A DNA stretch of 64,000 nucleotides, from the NCBI GenBank assembly GCA_025594325.1, contig JANHCV010000001.1, forward strand, positions 930,001 through 994,000, in the 5' to 3' direction. The stretch comes from Blastocladiella emersonii ATCC 22665. Taxonomy: Eukaryota > Fungi > Blastocladiomycota. A program made the position numbers and the translations under genes. Below are positions 1 through 12,291 of the stretch, piece after piece (the stretch's first letter is position 1; every line of letters begins with the position of its first letter). The notes below the pieces were generated by a model. It worked only from the letters and a program-made list of their open reading frames with translations, was not told where the DNA came from and made no database searches.

Positions 1-6
1 ACTGCC

Positions 7-3000
7 ATGCCCTCGGCCATCGACGATGTCTCCGTGGCGGCGAGCGCCTCGGCCTCGGTCGCCAGCAGCCAGCCCGTGAGCTTCTCCATCGCCGGGAGCT
101 CCAAGGCCAGCACGCGGCCCGCCAACCGCCAGCAGCCCTTCCTCGAGCTCGGCTACGAGCTCCGCGAGACGCTCGGTGAGGGCGAATTCGGTACGCTGCT
201 CCCGCCTCGTTCGCGGCCTGCGAGCGTGTGGTCGCTGCCCGACGTGCGCGATTCGGTCGGCGGCGGTGACAAGGTTTACCTCGCCGCTCGCTGCCGTACT
301 CTGGCCATGCGCGCTCGCGCGATGCTGCTCGAAATAGCGCACCTCGACTGACCTCCCCGCCATTCGCACGGCCGCCGTAGGCAAGGTCAAGCTCGCGTTC
401 CACAGCGGCACCGGCAACAAGGTTGCCATCAAGGTGTTCAAGCGGTCGCGCCTCGACGACGAGGAGAAGCAGCTCAAGCTGATGCGCGAGATCTCCATCC
501 TCAACTCGGTCGTCCACAAGTCGATTGTGCGCCTGTTCGAGGTCCTCGAGACGGACGAGCTCATCGGCCTCGTCATCGAGCTGCTCGACCAGGAGCTCTT
601 CGACTACATCCTCAACAACAAGTTTCTGCCCGAGCCCGAGGCCGGCCGCCTCTTCGCCCAGCTCGTCGACGGCGTCAACTACCTGCACGCCAAGGGCGTC
701 GTGCACCGCGACCTCAAGCTCGAGAACCTGCTGCTGTCGAGCGAGAACAACCTCGTCATCATCGACTTTGGGTTTGCCAACCAGTTCCCGAGCCGCGCCC
801 CGGACGCCCACGACGCCATGCAGTTCGCGACGCCCGAGCGCGCCCTCGCCGTGCCCGACCGCCACTTCCTCATGGCCACGTCGTGCGGCTCGCCGTGCTA
901 CGCCGCGCCCGAGCTCGTGGTCGCCGACGGCTACGTCGGCACCTGCGCCGACGTGTGGTCTTGCGGCGTGATCCTGTTCGCCATGCTCGCCGGCTACCTG
1001 CCGTTCGACGACGACCCGGAGAACCCGCACGGCGACAACATCACGCTGCTGTACAAGTACATTCTGTCGGACCCGACGCCGCTGCACCTCCCGCCGCACC
1101 TCTCGCCCGACGCGCAGGACCTGCTCTCGCGCATGCTCGTCCCCGACCCGGAGCTCCGCCTCACCATGCGCGAGGTCATGGACCACGCCTGGCTCGCGCC
1201 CTTCCGCGCCGTCTTCAACGTCGACTACTCGCTCCCGCCGCCCGTCCCGCAAAAGGATCCGCACCGCCGCCGCTCGCGCACACCGACGTCGTCGGTCGGG
1301 TCCCCGCGATCGCCCGCCCCGGGCAGCATCTACGCGCCCGAGTTCTCGCCGCAGATGCAGCCGCAGCAGCCCATGCCGCCGGTATCGTCGGCGACGAGCG
1401 CCGCGGTTGCCGCCGCGACGGCAGCTGTCCTCGCACCACCGCCATCGCTCACCGCGCCGCTCTCGGTCCCCGTCCTCAACGGCGCCGGGCCGACCGCCAT
1501 GGACGTGGACGCGCAGCCGCCAGCACGCGCCGCGACCACCTCGCCCACCATGTACGCCTACGACATGGTCCTCCCCGCTGCCGAGACGGGCAGCGAGCGC
1601 GGCAGCAGCAGCAGCAGCGGCAACAGCATGCAGATCGACGGACCCGCCGGCTTCTCCGGCGCGCCAGCCGACGTGGTCATGTCGGACGCCCATCACCCGC
1701 ACCGCGGCATGACCCCGCCGCCGCGGCCCTTTTCGGTCGACAACTCGCAGTTGTCGCCGATCCGGACACGCACCGACCTCGACGGGTCGCCGCTCGCCGC
1801 GGGCCCGACCTTGGGGCTCGCCAACAGCGCGTCGGCCAACGGCATGAACGGCAACTACGCCTCGTCCACGACGCACGCCACCGCGTCGTCCTCGAAGCGC
1901 AACACGTTCACGGGCTTCTTCCAGAAGCCCAAGGGCGACTTCCTCGAGCTGCTCAAGTCGTCCATCTCGAAGCGCCGCTGGATGAAGCGCAAGGACCTGC
2001 CCATGACCAAGGAGGAGACGCCGACGCGGTTCGTCGACCCCGCGCCTGCTCCCGTTCCCGCTCCCGCACCACCACTCGTGCAGCAGCAGTACCAGCCGCT
2101 GCCAGCTCCCGCTGCCGCGCCGACGTCGCACGGCAACGGCGGTCTCCTCGCGACTCTCGGCCGCCGCGGCGACGACCAGGTGTTCCAGCGCACGGACGTC
2201 GGGCCCGAGACCATCCAGCACGTCTTCGACCCGACGGCGCAGCTCCCGGGCGTGCCACCAGCCGCCGCCGATGGCGCCGACGACCTCCCCGTGCACCGGC
2301 ACCAGCGCAGCAAGTCGGTCGGCGGCACGTCGATCGTCGACACGTTCCGGCGCGGCGCGCGGTCCCTGTACGAGACCGAGACCGTGTACGAGCGGACGGA
2401 CGTGCCGCCCGTGCCCGTCCTCCCCGACGGCCTGCTCTCGCCCGTGCCGCTCCCGACGCCGCCCTCGGGCCCGTACGTCTCCGTGTACGGCACGACGAGC
2501 GCGGCCGACGCGCTGCTCCCGTCGTCGGCCATGGACTCGCCCAGCAAGCAGCGCGGGCGGTCCAAGTCGACGTCGGGCAAGGACCGGTCGACCCCCGGCG
2601 GCCACCGCCGCGGCCGGTCCCTGTCGGACGTGATCATGGGCCGCAAGCGCGCGTCCGAGGTCCCGCCGCCGCTCCCCAGCACGTATTTCGCGTCGCTCGC
2701 GCCGCGTATCGTCGGCGAGGAGGTGGCGCGCACGTTCCCGGCCGAGGCCATGACGTCGCACACGCCCGAGATGGCGCTGTTCGAGGCGCGCAAGATCCTC
2801 GAGGGCCTCGGCGCGGTCGTCGTCGGCCACGCCACGGACCCCGTGCGCGGGATCCCCGGCCACGGCGACGGACCCTTCATGCTCAAGTGCCGCATCAAGA
2901 TCGGCAAGAACGGCATCTCGCAGGCCCGCCTCAAGGCCGAGCTCGACGCCCTCACGCTGCTCGCGCACGACGAGGACTACAACCCCGTGTCGCTCCCGAC

Positions 3001-3769
3001 CGTCGCCGCCGCGGCCGCGGCTGCCAGCCACGACGACCCGCTCAACCTCGACCGCGACACGGCGCCGCGCCGCCGCAAGTCGTCCTCGGCTAGCTCCGCG
3101 TACATGGACTCGCTGTCCGTCTACTCGGGGTACTCGGTCGGTGGCAACGGCGCCGCGGTCCTCCCCGAGGACTACCCGCCGCTCTACACGCAGCCCGACG
3201 TGACGGCGGCGATCGCGGCCGGCCGGACCTCGGCCAACCCGAGTTCCGTCGCCGGACTCACCGCCGCCGCTTCCGCACCCTCGGCGTCGAGCGCGCCCGC
3301 GCCGTCCGCGACGCCCGTCCTCGTCCCGGGGCAGCTGCAGACGACGGCGCAGTCGTACGAGCACGCGATGCTAGCGCACTCGACGCACGCGGCCGAGGCG
3401 GCCAACGGCATGTTCTTGCACGACAAGCCGGTGTCGGTGCACTACTCGTCGTACTACTCGGCGACGCCGACCATGTCGGCGCAGTCGCGCGCCATCAACG
3501 AGGGGATCCACGTCGGGGCCGTGGCGCGCACGCCGACGAAAGCCAAGCTCGGTGGCCGGTTCAAGGGGTTCAGTTTCGGGCCCGACATCCTGTTCACGAT
3601 CGAGGTGGTCGCGCTCCCCGGCCAGGCCCAGGCGCTCGGCGGGTCGGGCGTGTTTGCGCTCGTGTTCCACCGCACCAAGGGGAACTCGGTCACGTACGGC
3701 CGTATCAAGCAGATCGTCATGTCCAAGATGTACCGCACCGACGACAAGCTGCGGCAAGTTCTCGGCTGA
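7..3769 (+). CDS. KIN4: KIN4/Ppk1-like Ser/Thr kinase (CAMK group) with C-terminal KA1-like domain; exons 7-190, 381-3769
   Basis: Splicing GT191..AG380 (branch CTGAC near 347) restores GEGEFGKVKL. Also present: VAIK, HRDLKLEN, DFG, TSCGSPCYAAPE and the Kin4-family motif LPFDDDPENPHGDNITLLYKYI. Confidence 0.8.
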
Positions 3770-4229
3770 GGGAGGGGTTCGAGTGTGATTCTGTTGTACA
3801 ATTTTGTGTGAGTTTTGCTGTGTTGCTCGCAGTTGACTAGACTATCTTCGTTTTTGTTGACCTTGCCCTCTGTCTTGGTGAGCTTTGGTGGTCATGGCCG
3901 CGGTCGCGGTCGTGGCCGTGGTCGTTCACCGGTGGCGGGCGAGCCCACCGAGCGAGCGCGACCTCACAACACGCCACGAACGATTTCTCGCTAGCACTGA
4001 CGAATCACCAAGATCACAACGCTCATTCAAGGCGGAGACAATAAGACGTGAGAGATTGAAGAGGCACGAGCATGTATTCATCTGGCCAGTACACGACCAG
4101 GCGGACATCCGCTCGTGCGGGGGAGGCCGAAGCAGGAGGAAGAGCGCGCGTCGCGACCGGGGTCACGGCGCACACATCATTCCAGCTACGACGACGGGGT
4201 GGGGGTGTGCGGGAGCAACAACGGGGAGC

Positions 4230-5033
4230 TTAGGCCCAGTTGTCGGCGTCCTCGGTGGTGGCCTCGGCGGCATCGGGGGCCGACCAGTCCTCGACGGCGT
4301 CGCCCGAGGTCCACTCCTCGTTGGTGGCCTCAGCGCCGTCCATGGCGGTGATGACGGGGACGGCCTCCTTGGCCTTCTCGGCGGCGGCGGCGGCCTCCTT
4401 CTCGGCCTCGTCGGCGTCGCGGAAGAAGAACATATCGGCCATGACCTCCCAGGGCTGGGCGCGGGGGAGGACACCGCGGATGCGGAGCACCTCGCGGGCG
4501 AGGAGGTACCACATGAGGCCGACCGAGTTCTTGGACTTGGTGTTGCAGGGGATGGCAATGTCGACGTTGGACAGGGGCGCGTCGGTGTCGCAGAAGGCGA
4601 TCACGGGCATGTTGACGTACGACGACTCCTTGATGGCCTGGGCGTCGGTGCGGGGGTCGGTGACGATGATGAGGCGGGGCTCCTTGTAGTTGCGGGTGAT
4701 GTAGTTGGTGAAGTTACCGGGGGTGAAGCGGCCGGCAATGGCCTGGGCGCCAGTGTACTTGGCGTACTTGAGCACGGCGCGCTGGCCGTAGGGGCGGCCC
4801 GAGATGGCCACGACATCGGCGGGGTTGTCGATGGCGGCGATGACGCGGGCGGCGAGAACGAGCTTCTCCCAGGTCTTGCCGAAGTTGATGATGTTGACAC
4901 CATCGGCGCGGCGCTTGTGCACGTACTTGGCCATCTGCGAGTTGCAGTTCTTGGCGCCGATGTGCGACTGGGCGCTCAGGAGCATGGTGGCATCCTGGTG
5001 GGTCAGGGCGAGGGCGGCGGGAACCTGCGACAT
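4230..5033 (-). CDS. RPS0: 40S ribosomal protein uS2 (SA/S0), intronless
   Basis: ATG at 5033. Motifs [61 protein letters not shown] and an acidic tail with W-containing motifs. Confidence 0.97.
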   Translation of the reverse strand: MSQVPAALALTHQDATMLLSAQSHIGAKNCNSQMAKYVHKRRADGVNIINFGKTWEKLVLAARVIAAIDNPADVVAISGRPYGQRAVLKYAKYTGAQAIAGRFTPGNFTNYITRNYKEPRLIIVTDPRTDAQAIKESSYVNMPVIAFCDTDAPLSNVDIAIPCNTKSKNSVGLMWYLLAREVLRIRGVLPRAQPWEVMADMFFFRDADEAEKEAAAAAEKAKEAVPVITAMDGAEATNEEWTSGDAVEDWSAPDAAEATTEDADNWA

Positions 5034-5659
5034 TTTGCGTTCAAAGTGATGGACGAACGGCGGCTGTTGGCGGGGGCGCAAGGTCGACGTCAGTGGTCGG
5101 TTCTCGAGTGCGGGGCTGGAGCTGCTCGCCGTCGCGGTCGTCACCGGCCACCACGTCGTCGTCACCGCCGGGACGTCGCGCTTGCCACGCAAGACTCCAG
5201 CAACGCATTCCCACGGCGTTTTTCGAGCGCTTCGCCACCTAACGGTCCGTCGAGCGGGCGGTCCGCGGTGAACGAGCAAAACGGCGTAGTTTCGCCGTGC
5301 AGCGGCGGAGCGCAGTGCCGCGAAAAGCGGTGGTCACATCCAGCCATCCGCGTGGCGAGCAGCGGGCGGGACCGTATAGGTCGGCGAGACGGCCAGTTGG
5401 CGGGCGACGACGATCACGGTGGCGGCGACGGTCGCGAAGACGACGGCGACGGCGGGCAGCAGTTACATGGTGTGACAAGGCACATACGGGACGCGGCAAA
5501 AATCCTGAGAGAGCGAGCAGTCTACGAGCGGTGCGGCCCGAATCAGCCCGCCCGCTCAGGTGTGGCGCCCGCCGATCACCTTGTGCTCGAGCGCCACGCG
5601 GCGGCCTTCACAACACAGCTAGACCTCAGCCCTTGCGAGCTCGTCACCATCACACAACG

Positions 5660-7057
5660 ATGTTACGCACGACGCTCGGCGCGCGGACCCTCCGCAATGT
5701 ATCACAGCGGGTGAGCCGCGGCGTGTCCACGGAAGCGACGACCAAGGCGGCGCGCGAGGCGGCGGCCGAGACGCGGCGGCTCAACGAGGCCAAGCGGCGG
5801 GCGCTGCTGCGCGAGGACTTTGCGCTGCCGCTGCGCATGGGCCGCGGGATCCTGTACGTGGTGGCGTCGGTCGGGATCGTGCTGGGGATCCACACCATGG
5901 CGATCCACGCGTACGCCGAGCACTCGGCGCCGACGCCGCCCGCCTTCGACTTCTGGACGCGCGTGCACCTGCGCCGCGCGTGGCTGCTCGAGAAGCACCA
6001 GAGCGACCTCGACGCCGCCGAGCGGTACCTCGCCCGCGCGCTCGAGACCGAGACGGGGCTCGCCGACAAGGGGTGGACGCTGTGGAAGAAGGAGTACCTC
6101 AGCCTCGTGCTCAAGCTCGCCCACGTCAGGCTGCTGCGCCGCCGCCCCGACGAGGCCATCCAGATCCTGCAGCCCGTGTCGGACGAGCTCCACGCCAAGC
6201 TCGAGCGCGAGATGGAGGCCGCCGTTCAGGGCGCGGCGACCGGCGGCGCCATCATGTACCCGGAGCCCCTGCAGCGGCTCGCCGCCATCGTCGTCCGACT
6301 CGACACCAAGCTCGCCGGCCTGCACACGCGCGTCGGCCACCCCGGCGTGGCCGAGGAGCTCGCCGAGAACGCGATCGACCTCGCGCTCATTCTCAACGCG
6401 TCGCCCCGCGATTTGGCGAATGCGCGCCTCGCCGCGGCGGATGCGCTCAAGGCGCAGCCCGAGCGCTCCGCCGAGGCCACGGCCGCGTACGCGTCGCTCG
6501 TCGCCGACCTCGACTCGGCTTCGTTCGTCGACACCGACGCGGCGAACCTCGAGACCCCCGAGGTGCCGTACCTCGAGGAGGGCCTCCCGCAGTCGAACCC
6601 GGTGCCGTGTGTTGCGGCCATTGGCGAATTCCACCTGGGCGACCTCCTCCTGTCCGAACGCCGCCGCGCCGCTTCTTCGACCAAGGCCGAGGCACCCTCT
6701 TCGTCGTCGTGGTTCCGCTCGTCTCCCGCCAAGTCGACGGTGCACGTCCCGACTCCCGAGGACATCCTCGTGCACTTTGAGCGCGCCCTCGCCCGCGCCG
6801 AGCAGGCGCCCGCGGCCCGCGCGTGCGGCGAGTGCAAGGCCGCAACGCTGTCGACGCTCGGCGCCTTTTTCCGCCGCGAGGGCGACGAGGTGCAGGCCGT
6901 CGACCTGTTCCGCGCCGGGCTCGCAGCCGCGCAGGCGGTCGGCGATATCGAGGCCGAGTCGCTGTGCGAGACGCAGCTGCACGAGCTCGGCGTCCTCGCG
7001 ACGCCGGCGGCAGCGGACGAGGTCACGGCCGAGGCCAAGGCCGAGTCTGATTCCTGA
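5660..7057 (+). CDS. Putative mitochondrial inner-membrane TPR-like protein (MGR3-like)
   Basis: ATG 5660. Arg-rich presequence-like N-terminus (MLRTTLGARTLRNVSQR), one hydrophobic helix (ILYVVASVGIVLGIHTMAI), helical TPR-like repeats and a C-terminal CGEC motif. The family call is from recalled similarity only. Confidence 0.5.
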   Translation: MLRTTLGARTLRNVSQRVSRGVSTEATTKAAREAAAETRRLNEAKRRALLREDFALPLRMGRGILYVVASVGIVLGIHTMAIHAYAEHSAPTPPAFDFWTRVHLRRAWLLEKHQSDLDAAERYLARALETETGLADKGWTLWKKEYLSLVLKLAHVRLLRRRPDEAIQILQPVSDELHAKLEREMEAAVQGAATGGAIMYPEPLQRLAAIVVRLDTKLAGLHTRVGHPGVAEELAENAIDLALILNASPRDLANARLAAADALKAQPERSAEATAAYASLVADLDSASFVDTDAANLETPEVPYLEEGLPQSNPVPCVAAIGEFHLGDLLLSERRRAASSTKAEAPSSSSWFRSSPAKSTVHVPTPEDILVHFERALARAEQAPAARACGECKAATLSTLGAFFRREGDEVQAVDLFRAGLAAAQAVGDIEAESLCETQLHELGVLATPAAADEVTAEAKAESDS

Positions 7058-7471
7058 ATACCGATACAATAGCCCCATTTATTTGGACATGAGCAACACT
7101 AGGAGAGGGGAGGTGGAGAAGCGCGAAGACAAGGCCCAGGTGGCCTCAGCTGACGCCGGCGCACGACCGAGTCGACGTCGATCACTCTCGGTCTGAACCG
7201 CGCGCCGCGCTTCTTTGCTCCCGAGTGCCCCGCCCGCTGCGAACCGGCTACGACGCACGCGCTGTTGCGTACGTGCTCCTCTCCCTGCAACGGCCTCGCC
7301 GACGCGCAACGTACCGACTGCTGAGACTAACGACCGGTCCTCCCTCGGCCGTCCAGATTCTCGACCGACGAGTGCTCGCAGTCGCTGCTGTCCCCTCCGC
7401 TCGGCTCGCGCGCGTTAGTCACCGCGTCGCTGTCGCCGACCACCACCACCACCGCTACAACACCGACAACC

Positions 7472-10400
7472 ATGCCGCCCAAGGGTGGCCCTCCCGGGTT
7501 CCCCGGCCGCCGGTCTGCGGGCCCGCCGCCGGGCATCCCGGCCAAGCCGCGCACGGCGCCCGGCGGCGGCCGCGGTGCCCCCGCCGTGTCGTCGGCGCCT
7601 GCCGCTCCCGCCGCGCCCGCGCTGCCGCAGCCGCTGTCGGCCGACAAGATCGCGCTCAAGGCGCGGCAGTGGACGACGGCGCGCGCGCAAAAGTTCAGCG
7701 AGAAGCGCAAGCACGGCATGTCGGCGCCGGCCAAGGTGTCGCTGCCGCCCGAGCACCTGCGCAAGATCGTCAAGGACCACGGCGATATGTCGTCGCGCAA
7801 GTTCCGCAACGACAAGCGCGTGTACCTCGGCGCGCTCAAGTACATGCCTCACGCCATCATGAAGCTGCTCGAGAACATGCCCATGCCGTGGGAGCAGGTG
7901 CGCGAGGTGCCCGTCCTGTACCACATGTCGGCCGCCATCACCTTCGTGCACGAGATCCCGCGCGTCATCGAGCCCGTCTTCATTGCCCAGTGGGCGTCCA
8001 TGTGGATCACCATGCGCCGCGAGAAGCGCGACCGCCGCCACTTCAAGCGCATGCGCTTCCCGCCCTTTGACGACGAGGAGCCGCCGCTCGACTACGCCGA
8101 CAACATTCTGGGTGTCGAGCCGCTCGAGGCCATCCAGATGGAGCTCGACGAGGACGAGGACGCGGCCATCGCCGACTGGTTCTATGACCACAAGCCGCTG
8201 CTCGACTCGTGCAAGGTCAACGGGCCGTCGTACCGCAAGTGGAACCTCGACCTCCCCATCATGGCCACGCTGCACCGCATCGCTGGCCAGCTGCTCAGCG
8301 ACCTCAACGACCCCAACTACTTCTACCTCTTCGACAAGCAGTCCTTCTTCACCTCGAAAGCCCTCAACATGGCCATCCCGGGCGGGCCCAAGTTCGAGCC
8401 GCTGCACCGCGACATGGACACGGCCGAGGAGGACTGGAACGAGTTCAACGACATCCACAAGATCATTGTCCGCCACCCGCTGCGCACCGAGTACAAGGTC
8501 GCCTTCCCGTTCCTCTACAACTCGCTGCCGCGCTCGGTCCACGTCGCCTGGTACCACCACCCGGCCTCGGTCTACATCAAGCCCGAGGACCCGGACCTGC
8601 CCGCCTTCTACTTTGACCCGATCATCAACCCCATCTCGTCGCGCGCGCTGCGGTCCACGGCCCTCGTCGCCCACGAGGACACGCTGTTCGGGCCCGACCG
8701 CCGCGACGAGCTCGGCGACGACCACCCGGACAACGGCCTGTTCGACCTCGACGACGATTTCCAGCTGCCCGAGGACGTGGCGCCGTTCCTCGCCGACGAG
8801 GACCTGTACACGGACAACACGGCGAGCGGCATCGCGCTGTATTTCGCGCCGCACCCGTTCAACAAGCGCAGCGGCAACATGCGGCGCGCGCAGGACGTGC
8901 CGCTCGTCAAGGCGTGGTACCTCGAGCACTGCCCGCCCGACCAGCCCGTCAAGGTGCGCGTGTCGTACCAGAAGCTGCTCAAGACGTACGTGCACAACGA
9001 GCTGCTGCACAAGCCGCCCAAGCCCATGCTCAAGCGCAACCTGTTCCGCCAGCTCAAGTCGACCAAGTTCTTCCAGACGACCGAGATCGACTGGGTCGAG
9101 GCCGGCCTGCAGGTCGTCCGCCAGGGGTACAACATGCTCAACCTGCTCATCCACCGCAAGAACCTCAACTACCTGCACCTCGACTACAACTTCAACCTCA
9201 AGCCCATCAAGACGCTCACCACCAAGGAGCGCAAGAAGTCGCGCTTCGGCAACGCCTTCCACCTCATCCGCGAGATCCTGCGCCTCACCAAGCTCATCGT
9301 CGACGCCCACGTCCAGTACCGCCTCGGCAACATCGACGCGTTCCAGCTCGCCGACGGCCTCCAGTACATGTTCGCCCACGTCGGCCAGCTCACCGGCATG
9401 TACCGGTACAAGTACCGCCTCATGCGCCAGATCCGCATGTACGTTGTTTTCTCCCTCACTCTCGACTGCTTCCGGAGCTTACAAACTAACCGCAACTGCT
9501 GCTTGATGTTCCGAATCGCGTAGGTGCAAGGACCTCAAGCACCTCATCTACTACCGGTTCAACACGGGCCCCGTCGGCAAGGGTCCCGGCGTCGGGTTCT
9601 GGGCGCCCGGGTGGCGCGTGTGGCTCTTCTTCCTGCGCGGCATCGTGCCGCTGCTCGAGCGCTGGCTCGGCAACCTGCTCGCGCGCCACTTCGAGGGCCG
9701 CCAGACCAAGGGCATCGCCAAGACGGTCACCAAGCAGCGCGTCGAGTCGCACTTTGACCTCGAGCTGCGCGCCGCCGTCATGCACGACATCCTCGACATG
9801 ATGCCGGCGGGCATCCGCGCCAACAAGTCCAAGGTGATCCTGCAGCACCTGAGCGAGGCGTGGCGGTGCTGGAAGGCCAACATCCCGTGGAAGGTGCCCG
9901 GGCTGCCCGTGCCCGTCGAGAACATCATCCTCCGCTACGTCAAGTCCAAGGCCGACTGGTGGACGTCGGTCGCGCACTACAACCGCGAGCGGATCCGGCG
10001 CGGCGCCACGGTCGACAAGACCGTGTGCAAGAAGAACCTCGGGCGGCTCACGCGGCTGTGGCTCAAGGCCGAGCAGGAGCGCCAGCACAACTACCTCAAG
10101 GACGGGCCCTACGTGTCGGCCGAGGAGGGCATCGCCATCTACACCACCACGGTGCACTGGCTCGAGTCGCGCAAGTTCTCGCCGATCCCCTTCCCGCCGC
10201 TCTCGTACAAGCACGACACCAAGCTGCTGATCCTGGCGCTCGAGCGGCTCAAGGAGGCGTACTCGGTCAAGGGCCGGCTCAACGCGTCGCAGCGCGAGGA
10301 GCTCGGGCTCATCGAGCAGGCGTACGACAACCCGCACGAGACGCTGTCGCGCATCAAGCGGCTGCTGCTCACGCAGCGCACGTTCAAGGAGGTCGGGATC

Positions 10401-12259
10401 CAGTTCATGGACCTGTACTCGCACCTCATCCCCGTGTACGACGTCGAGCCGCTCGAGAAGATCACGGACGCGTACCTCGACCAGTACCTGTGGTACGAGG
10501 CCGACAAGCGCCACCTGTTCCCGGCGTGGATCAAGCCCGCCGACACGGAGCCGCCGCCGTTCCTCGTCTACAAGTGGTGCCAGGGCATCAACAACCTCAC
10601 GGACGTGTGGGACTCGACCGACGGCCAGTGCAACGTGATGCTCGAGACCAGCCTCGTCAAGATGTACGAGAAGATGGACCTCACGCTGCTCAACCGCCTG
10701 CTCCGCCTCATCGTCGACCACAACATCGCCGACTACATGACGGCCAAGAACAACGTGGTGCTCTCGTACAAGGACATGTCGCACGTCAACACGCACGGTC
10801 TGATCCGCGGCCTGCAGTTCGCGTCGTTCATCGTCCAGTACTACGGCCTGGTCCTCGACCTGCTCATCCTCGGGCTCAACCGAGCGGCCGAGATGGCGGG
10901 CCCCGCGCAGCTGCCCAACGACTTTTTGCAGCACCGCGACCGCGAGACCGAGACGCGGCACCCGATCCGCCTGTACGCGCGCTACGTCGACAAGGTGCAC
11001 ATTTTCCTGCGGTTCGACGCCGACGAGGCCAAGGACCTGATCCAGCGGTACCTGACCGAGAACCCGGACCCCAACAACGAGAACATTGTCGGGTACAACA
11101 ACAAGAAGTGCTGGCCGCGCGACTGCCGCATGCGGCTCATGAAGCACGACGTCAACCTCGGGCGCGCCGTGTTCTGGGACTTCAAGAACCGGCTGCCTCG
11201 GTCCATCACGACCATCGAGTGGGAGTCGTCGTTCGCGTCCGTGTACTCCAAGGACAACCCGAACCTGCTGTTCAACATGGCCGGGTTCGATGTGCGCATC
11301 CTGCCCAAGGTGCGCGCCGCCAACGAGGAGTTCACGCTGCGCGAGGGCGTGTGGCACCTCGTCAACGACTCGACCAAGGAGCGCACCGCGCAGGCGTTCC
11401 TCCGCGTCGACGAGGAGTCGATCGCCAAGTTCAACAACCGCATCCGCCAGATCCTCATGGCCTCGGGCTCCACCACCTTCTCCAAGATCATCAACAAGTT
11501 CAACACGTGCCTCATCGGCCTCATGACCTACTACCGCGAGGCCGTCGTCCACACCCGCGAGCTGCTCGACCTCCTCGTCAAGGCCGAGAACAAGATCCAG
11601 ACCCGCGTCAAGATCGGCCTCAACTCCAAGATGCCCTCGCGCTTCCCGCCCGTCGTCGTACGTTTTTCTTTTCTTCGGTTTCGTGGCGCGCTTGCTTGCC
11701 CGATCCTCCCGCCGCGCCGCGAACCGAAAACTGACTCTCTCATTCGCGCCCGATCTTCTAGTTCTACACGCCCAAGGAGCTCGGTGGTCTCGGCATGCTG
11801 TCCATGGGCCACGTCCTGATCCCGCAGAGCGACCTGCGCTGGTCCAAGCAGACCGACGTCGGCATCACGCACTTCCGGTCGGGCATGACGCACGAGGAGG
11901 ACAAGGTGATCCCGAACCTGTTCCGGTACATTCTGCCGTGGGAGTCCGAGTTCATCGACTCGCAGCGCGTGTGGGCCGAGTACGCGCTCAAGCGGCAGGA
12001 GGCGCAGGCGCAGAACCGGCGGCTCACGCTCGACGACCTCGAGGACTGCTGGGACCGCGGGATCCCGCGCGTGTCGACGCTGTTCCAGCGCGACCGGCAC
12101 ACGCTCGCGTACGACAAGGGGTGGCGCGTGCGCACCGAGTTCAAGCAGTACCAGATCCTCAAGGTCAACCCGTTCGCGTGGACGTCGCAGCGGCACGACG
12201 GCAAGCTGTGGAACCTCAACAACTACCGCACCGACGTGATCCAGGCGCTCGGCGGCGTC

Positions 12260-12291
<32 letters not shown>

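Noticed and set aside
780-900. Activation-loop insertion in the kinase as a novelty
   Set aside because: Insertions after DFG are, as I recall, common in filamentous-fungal Kin4 homologs.
3770-3800. GGTTCGA T-loop-like motif suggesting a tRNA
   Set aside because: There is no cloverleaf or acceptor stem. It lies at the start of the kinase 3' UTR.
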